Shown here piece after piece: positions 56,517-64,000 of a DNA stretch of 64,000 bases (position 1 is its first letter; every line of letters begins with the position of its first letter). Made by a program: the position numbers and the translations under genes. Origin of the DNA: Klebsormidium nitens (taxonomy: Eukaryota > Plantae > Klebsormidiophyceae); contig DF237236.1 in NCBI GenBank assembly GCA_000708835.1, forward strand, positions 47,231 through 111,230, in the 5' to 3' direction. The notes beneath the pieces were generated by a model that worked only from the letters and a program-made list of their open reading frames with translations, made no database searches and was not told the origin of the DNA.

Positions 56517-59500
56517 TTACTTTTGCCTCTTGTAGACTTTTCCGAGAAACGTGAGAAAGACAGCCTGCATATGAGAATCGATGTCAAAGTGAGACCGTTC
56601 TCATGGTCTAGATTTGGCAGAGATACAAAATTGAGCTGTTCACATACACCTGCAAGCAGATTGCACAATCCGAATTGTAATCCAGACCCTTCTCGTCAAT
56701 GTTTACATAACCACGAAAGCAACGCTGCGCAAACAAACAGCAGCGTTGCCAGCGCGACAATATACAACCCACCGCAAGAGGAGTGCGGAGAAAGTTAAAA
56801 AAAGGCGTCTCACTTGTAGCCTTTTGCTGTCCACCTTTCGGATGGCGGCCGTCAACTCGTCGTAGCTTTGCTGCTCGTACTCCTGGAACGCGGCCTGCGG
56901 AGGGGAGGCAGCCAACGTGAGGGAAAAGGGTAGCCAAACAGTGGAGCGCAAAAGCTGAAAGCGGTATAATGAACGCTTGGAAAGGAAAGGTAAGGCGGAG
57001 CGAAGTCGGAAGCAGCAAAGAAGGAGCGGAGAGGGGCAGCGGAAAAAGCGAGCGGAAAGCGAAGCGGACAAGATAGAGGGTGAGCGACGAGGCGAGCCAA
57101 AAGTTTAGAAGCTCAATACTGATTAAGCGTGTGGTCTCGACTCTAAGGCGGCCAAGAGCGTCGCCTGACCGCGCCTCAAACGGAGACCAGACTCGATGTT
57201 GCACCGACGGGAGAAAGGGGCAGCCACATTCGCAACTGCCCCCGTCAGCAAGCCCCGTCATCGGTTCTTTAAGCAGACCCCCAGGGGAGACAATCTTGTA
57301 AAGCCAAAGAAAACCAACGGAGGTGGAAGATGAGAATCGTCAAAAAGGGAGTGCGCTGAGAAAGCTCTAGCAGAATCCAATGCTCACGATTCAACACACG
57401 CCATGCGCGCCTGGCATCGTCCAGAACGAGCAAGTCCAACAATCAGGAAAGGACGTATGCAGTCAGCCAGTGCGCAAGTGACATTCTCGCAGAGGCCTCT
57501 GCAGTGATTTGGGCGGTCATGACTTCAAGCACGTTTGACTCTGGTGCTTCTCAGCGAAAGTGCACCTTCCAGATATCTGAACTGTGCAGGCAAAAGTTGT
57601 CAGAATCCATTTGTAGGGTCAAAGAAGCTGTAACGCACCTCCAGCTTCAACTCGGCATACAGTTTCTTGATCTCCGCCACGCAGGCAGGGTCGGCCCTTC
57701 CGTATTTCTCCTGGTAAGAGTGACAGATCACGTCAGGAGCCGACACTGGTTATTCTTGCCGGGAGCAATGAAAATGCAATCCTAGCGCTTTCATGAAGAT
57801 TGCCAACAACTGGCAGAAATAGCAATGGCTCGGAGACGACAGTCGGGTTATGTGCGTACTATTTACCGCAAAAAACTTGGGCGCTTGGAACAGAAACCGT
57901 TTTCTCGAGACATTACGGAAACGCAAATACATGCTCCTGTCGCAAACTGCGCCTAAGACGAGGAACTTTCTGCTGCGCGGCCGTTTTGGATGTGCATACG
58001 TTTTGTTTGGTTGCAGGGAAGTTTCCGAACGAGATCCTCCTCTACTTCGGAAGGTTTTCGTTTCGATATTCGGACAATTTCGAACGACTTTACCCAGCTC
58101 TAGCACCTTTTCAGCCAAGACGGATTTGCACACATTCCGTACGATCCCCCTGGCCCCTTCTTTTCCTTCTCTGCCAGCTTTAACACGTTTCAACACATGA
58201 TCGGAAGGACGCTCCCAGGTCGATCCCTTGGACCGCAGACTCCAATGCTTACAACTCAAGCAGCTGCCCGCCCCTGATTTCCGATACGGCCAATCTGCTT
58301 CTTCAAAATTCTCGACGGTTCTGCAAGCTACTGGCCCCCGTCTACACCTTCTGCGCATTCCATTCCAAAGGTCTCGGGCGTCTCAATTCCACTCCCAGCC
58401 TCCTTCTCCGCATTGGTTTGAAAAGTCGTTAACGGTCAACCCAACTTTCCCCACCTCTATTGTCCTTTTCTGGTCGTCGTTGGCCCGCTGAAGCGCTTGG
58501 ACGACGAGCCACGAGCACTTGGTGTCCTCAATGTCCGTCCCGATCTGCCAAAAGACAGGGGTTCAGACCCGGTTTAGGAATTGGGTGGATCCAGTTGTGA
58601 AATGGATCACGATCCGGGTCAAAAGATAACCTGGCGAGATTGGAACATCGGGCGGCCGAAGCAAACTGACAGCCAGATATTCTAACCTGCGAGTTGAACG
58701 AGACTTTTGCACTTGCACTTCGAGACTTCTCGCAGGAACTTCCCAACCCTCCTACCACGCTTATCGGGTTCGAATTATTAGAGCCGAGATTTGCTGACAC
58801 ATCTTCCAAACCCTCAGAATGAGTCTATTTGGCCCCGGAAAGAGGATAGAAGCTGGGAGCTACCACTTTATCGACGTTATCACCTTCAACACCCTTGCAC
58901 TCTTTTTGATGCTCCTTCTGGTGAAGTTCGTTCAAAAGTCCCCCCCGGCGTCATCGAACAGAGAGAAGCAGACAAAACTCATACAGAGACACGTGGCAGG
59001 ATGCACACCTTTCCGATAACCTCTGGCGCCCCATAGCAATCCAAATAATCGTCCTGTAGAGAAAACAAATGGGTGTCTGCAATCTGATTCGGAATGAGCC
59101 AACCCGCAAGTTCCTCTCGATATCAAGGCTGGTTGGCCGTGAATCTCTAAGTGCCTGGACCAATCAACCGGAGTCGTAGAGTCACTCAAAGAGTGGCAAG
59201 AACGATGCATGAGCTGTTTGCTCCAAAATCATACTTCATAGAAAAATAGGTCATAGGCGCCCAACTTCCGCCGTACTTCATATTAATCACCGAGCACAAC
59301 CTGGCCCCATCACGTGTAGTAACCACTTCAATGTGGCAATCGCGAACAATCATTTCGAAAGACGCAAGGATAAAACATTTTTGATTCTCAAGATAGCAAC
59401 CAAAGCTCAAGGTCGTCCTAAGATGAACAAGCAACTATATGATTCAAACCTGGGTGGTAACAGATCAATTTTGGCACTTGGTGCAGCCAATTCAGAAGTG

Positions 59501-62500
59501 GACAATCTCAAGCAAGGCGACCGGGTTAAAAACGGAGTTAGCGCACCTGGACTTGAAAGTAGGTTCCCATCGCGATGAGAATCTCCTCCGCAATCTGCAG
59601 GTTCTCCGGGGACGCTTCGCCCGCGAGGTACAACGCGCACGCAACCTGACGTCAGACGACGGAAGAAGTGCTGAAAAACTGGGCCCATTGGAAAGCAGGA
59701 AAGCAGGAAAAAAAGTGATATCTTTTTGAGGGCTCGGAAAGAAAGATAGACGTGGCTGGGAACTTCGTAGGAAACACTTGGATATAAATCTACTGGAAGC
59801 TGCCACGAATCAGAACCAATGGGAGAGACAAATGGTGCGGTTTTCAGAGGATCTGCTTCGAGGGCATGTTGTCCTACTCGGCTTTCAACAGGTTCAAATC
59901 TGCTTCGCTCCATCAAGTCCTTCAACAAGCTCAAATCCGCTTCGCGTTATGAGTTCCTTCAAGGAGAGGTTGGGACTCAAGTGCTGAAGGGAGTCAACGG
60001 AATACAATCTGTGCAGCTTCAGGGGGATCAACAGTGCACGCAAGCTATTCATGGGCTGCCGCATGCTCGGATACGGGCTGGCGAAGAATCATGTGACTTG
60101 TAACCTCCCGACTTGGACGAGTTTGCAGGACATTCGAATCGCAACAGAGACTATGAGGCAGACAGCGTACTACTCTTTCTTAGAAACAGAAGCAGGGGGG
60201 GCGACTATTTGACTGGCAAGTGTGCAAAACGGCTTTTTGAGGGGATTATTTGCACTCACTGGCAAGTAAAAGGAGTAGTAGGCGGTTTTGTACTGTACAA
60301 TCTTCAAATACCTGCAGGGAAAATTTGTCAAGTCAGGGGCAAGTTGCGGACAGAGCGCTGCCAGCCTGAACGACGTATGTTCTATGTGAAACTTCTGATA
60401 GTGTTTCCTAGTGCAATTCTATCTTCAACCCCTCTCTAAGTTTATCCGACGAGACCAACTCCACCGAAATTCCAAGGAACGAACCACAGAACAAGAGGAC
60501 TCAACGATCCAACGGAATCAACGACCGTGCAACTCCGACTCTGTCCCTGATGCACTATAGGTGCGTAAGTACCGCACGCCTCACGTTGACATTGTGTACT
60601 TGGAGAGATCCACGGTGCCCTCCGGTGTCGTAATCAGGTCGAGCTGCTGCCCGCACGCCGTCTGGTACGTAACCTGCGAAATTAGCAGACAATTTCCATC
60701 ACCCTGCGAAGAAATTAGAATCGAAGGCGACTCACGGTAGACGACGTCATCTTGAGAAGGATCCCAAAAGAGAAGATGCTCCACTGAGCCAACTTCTTTC
60801 GACCTACGCAAAAAGCAGCGGGTTAACAGAAGGGACGTGGTCATTTGGTCAGAGTAAGTGTATTCATTGGCCCGGGCCACGATGGATCCATCTGCCGGCG
60901 AGGACCATAAGTGTAATCTTATGCACTTTAAGGTTAGCCATTAAGCAAACAGCCGATGATCTTGTCACGGCATGTCCTACCGACCCACACGTTCAAAGAG
61001 CATCTTCTTCGGAGAGACCTATTCGAGAGAATCTCACAGATACTTGGCGAAGGAACTTCCGGAAGAAGCGTATGTGAACCATGGTCAAGGGTCAAGACGA
61101 TCGGAAGAGGAAGAGGTCCTTTGAGGCCTCGGTCCAACGAATGTGCCAAATCACAGCAACAAACCTGAAACCCACCCTTGCATCAAAGATCCGAAAGGCC
61201 GAAAGCGAGGTGATAAATTAGGCCTTAGCCCGATTTCGGGGGCGGAGCAAGGCTCACGTCATGAAAGAGGTCCACGAGGTCGATGTAGATTGGCAACGCC
61301 TTGAAGTGCCGCTTCAGAATGCGGTATATGTGGCTGTCCAGCAGTATGCCGTCGTTGATTGCAATCAAGCCCACCTGGAGAACAAGCAGGTGCCACGTGT
61401 CAAAACCAGAGGCCACAGGGCTTAAGCCTCGTCTTGTCCGGGCTCTATCGAAGATCATGCCGTCAGTAATTCACCTGGTGAACCCAAAAAGCTCACGCAA
61501 CAAGCTTCAGCCCGCGTTCTTTCGGTGCTTAGCTCTCACAAAGAGATGAACGAGCTTGACTTTGAGTTGCGGGTGAAATGGGCTTCCCAGTCCCCTGCAG
61601 GTTTCTCACTGACTACATCGGCCAACTGATTCTGACAGTTTACCGCAGAGCGTGGACGACTTGGGGCGAAATTCGAAGGGCTTAGCCCAGATCGTAATTG
61701 ATCAGCAAAGCAGTCGTCAGTATTTGCCCATGTCAAACGGATCCTGCCCAAGTCGAATCTAGAGTCTGCTCCTGCCAAACGCGCAAAAAATCATGTTTCA
61801 GAACTGACCCGAAGAGTAAACAGCCCGTGTCAAGCGCTGATAAACCTCTTCGACTTTTGACGCAGTGCCAACGCTTGGACCGCCGGTTCCGTGTTTGGAC
61901 CGTCTGGTGCTTGTCTGGGCCAGAGTGTCATGAAGATTTGCACCAACACGTTGATCAATTGCGCCAAATCCCAAAATGATTTACTGAGTGTCGGGCCACT
62001 ACAATTAAGATTTGGAGATATCATGGAAGGTTGGGACTGGTCCGGCCTACTTGCCTGGGGCACCCGGTACCAGCACGGTTGGCCCCTCCTCGTGACAGAC
62101 TTGTCCATGATGTCATCCTCAACCAGGAAGTAGCCTTGCAACTGCAGGGCATAAATAGGCATCTTGAATCCCCGATTCCCTTCACTCCTCCATTGATTCT
62201 GCTCTACTGCACAGAACTCGCGTTTAACTATCTGCTTTTTGTGTTCTTTGCAAGAGAATTCTGATTGCTTGACAATGGATGCAGCGCAGCTTTTCAAGGC
62301 TTTCTATGACAAGGAACCAACTTCGCAGAGATTTGCTGAGCTCGGTCTCAGGACTCAAGTGATCTGCAAGCTCACCCACTCTATACACCACCCCAGGGCG
62401 CACGCCCGAAACTCCTCCTCGTCCGTAAGGTTCCCTTCCTTCAGTAACCGCAGGCTGTCAATTACTGACAGCCCCCTATTCAACTTCCCCCCCGGCACCG

Positions 62501-63814
62501 TGTAGTCGGTCATCTGCAAGGATCAGGACGCAAATGACGTCCTCGTTTTAGAACATGTTGAGGCAGCTTCGAAAAGATGAAGGTTTTAAAAAGATCAATA
62601 GCAAGCAATCATTTCTTTCACTGCTCTGTCTTTGCCATGGCTGCCGCATCTGGCTTGGTTAAAGAAGACGTTCTCCGTGAGCCCCGGCAAAGGTGGACCC
62701 TCACTGAACAGCTTTGACGAAACACGAGCTTCGACGGTCTGCCTGAGTTGGAACCAATCAGTTGGAAAAGCAATTCTTTCCAGACCCCTCTGACCACAGT
62801 CAGCGAGGTCCGTTCAGAGAGTTGCACGGAGGTGCAAGTGGCATCGAGGCATGTCCGCTTGCGGATATTCCAACGACGGATGCCAGCGGAACGAGCCTTC
62901 GCTCAATCAGCTACATTCTCTGCGAAGTTGATGCCATCATTTAATCGTTCAGGGCATGCTACCCTTGGCGCGGGCGGATCATACCTTCTTTGTCCAGGCC
63001 CTCGCTTCTTCGGTGAATGTGTAGACCTTGCTGTCCTCCAACAGCTCCCTCACTAGTTGCTCATACACTTTTAGGAATAGGTCTTTGCTGCTCGCCAACT
63101 TCTCCTTACTCAGACCATTGGCCGCTGTGGAAAGAATTTACAGTGTCAGGAGATATGAGGGGGTAAAAAAAAAATTGAAGTCCGGTAGTTGATACCGTCA
63201 CCAAAAGTATTGACTACTCATTGACTGGAGGGTCTTCACATCATGCATTGTTGGAGCGACTGAATATCTTCTTGTGGTGGTTAAAGGTATGATTCACAGT
63301 ATTGGAAGGAAACTGGGCGTTGAACCTAGAAGCACTTGGTCTTGCCTTTGATAAAACAAAAGCCGTGCAGCATATGGGAGAAAAGCCCAGACACGCATTG
63401 ATCAAGTGCACATCGTTTGTTCGCTTAATCAATGCATTTCTGTGGCTTTTCTCCGAGATGCGCTGCAACTTGTTTTGGGCTCTCCTTGACAGATCTGCGC
63501 ACGGACTAGTGTTGGAAGTGTTGGTTCGCAACATTGACAAACAGTAACAATCAGATCTCCCATTGCACGGGCCAGTAAAATCCAATGGGGGCAGAGCATC
63601 AATCAAGCTAACTCCATTCCAGGAGCTTTCGGAGGTATGCTTTGATTGAATCACCACCACAGCAGCCAGCAGGTGAAAACTCTCAGAGCAGATGAGTAAA
63701 GCCAGTAAAGACTTATAATCGATAAAAGCTCAGGATTACAGCGATCTAGATGCATTTGACAAGGATTCCCTCACCTTCGCAGGTAGCATTGCTTCCATCA
63801 AGCACGGTCGCCAT
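56517..63814 (-). CDS. FPS: Farnesyl diphosphate synthase, 13 exons, ~365 aa
   Basis: Exons (minus): 63814-63775, 63124-62985, 62513-62376, 62141-62055 (GC donor), 61374-61258, 60673-60585, 60311-60260, 59645-59547, 59053-59009, 58544-58455, 57710-57639, 56894-56814, 56564-56517; 1098 nt in frame. GGKLNRG, first Asp-rich motif [13 protein letters not shown] (aromatic -5/-4 residues typical of FPPS), [17 protein letters not shown], second motif FQVQDDYLD, GKIGTDIED, C-terminal VYKRQK. Exon 1 is the least certain. Confidence 0.95.
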
Positions 63815-64000
63815 GATCTTGACTTCGTCAGCCTCTTTCTGGTATCACAGAAGGATTCTTGCACGACACTACATTAAAATCAACTACCCGGAGCCTCCTA
63901 CTTCAGCGCTTTTTGTGTTTGAACGATGTTCAATGCAGGGATTGGCAAGGAATGCAGCATGCTGCCAACTCTGTCAAAGTAATCGTGCGCGAGTGCGCGC

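Noticed and set aside
57800-61150. Further faint junction echoes in FPS introns (also catalase introns 6 and 8, SET intron 4, and the NPL 5'UTR intron)
   Set aside because: Matches are only about 7-12 nt or heavily gapped and cannot be distinguished from chance by eye; they need a statistical scan.
53644-63814. Biosynthetic gene cluster (FPS + sulfotransferase making a sulfated terpenoid)
   Set aside because: Adjacency only; FPS looks like a canonical housekeeping enzyme and there is no terpene synthase, P450 or co-regulation evidence.

Overview
Intron-rich eukaryotic nuclear DNA, not prokaryotic, so most entries in the six-frame ORF track are exon fragments or antisense noise. Plastid-targeted plant-type genes, moderate GC content and introns mostly 0.3-1.4 kb long point to a streptophyte green alga such as Klebsormidium; that assignment is inference. 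I hand-spliced 12 protein-coding genes whose exon chains keep frame (one only after allowing for a duplication): a clade-3 catalase, a DHHC S-acyltransferase, a plastid LSMT-like SET protein, a stand-alone nucleoplasmin-like protein, a TLC membrane protein frameshifted by a 67-nt duplication, a six-bladed propeller (calcium-dependent phosphotriesterase-like) protein, an intronless F-box/LRR protein, SGF29, plastid RPL27, an AhpC/TSA-like protein, a sulfotransferase and farnesyl diphosphate synthase. The most striking unexplained structure is a recurring pattern of tandem, progressively decayed copies of the splice junction (branch point, AG and exon start; or exon end and GT) inside introns of at least three unrelated genes. 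A fresh exonic duplication in the TLC gene could itself be spliced out as a new intron. Together these suggest intron growth or gain by junction duplication. Also present: a TA-flanked inverted-repeat element spanning an assembly gap, dense GTAC clusters upstream of genes, CATG-rich patches between convergent genes, three GC-AG introns and a 14-nt micro-exon. No CRISPR, rRNA or intact tRNA was found. All gene models are manual and untested against RNA data.
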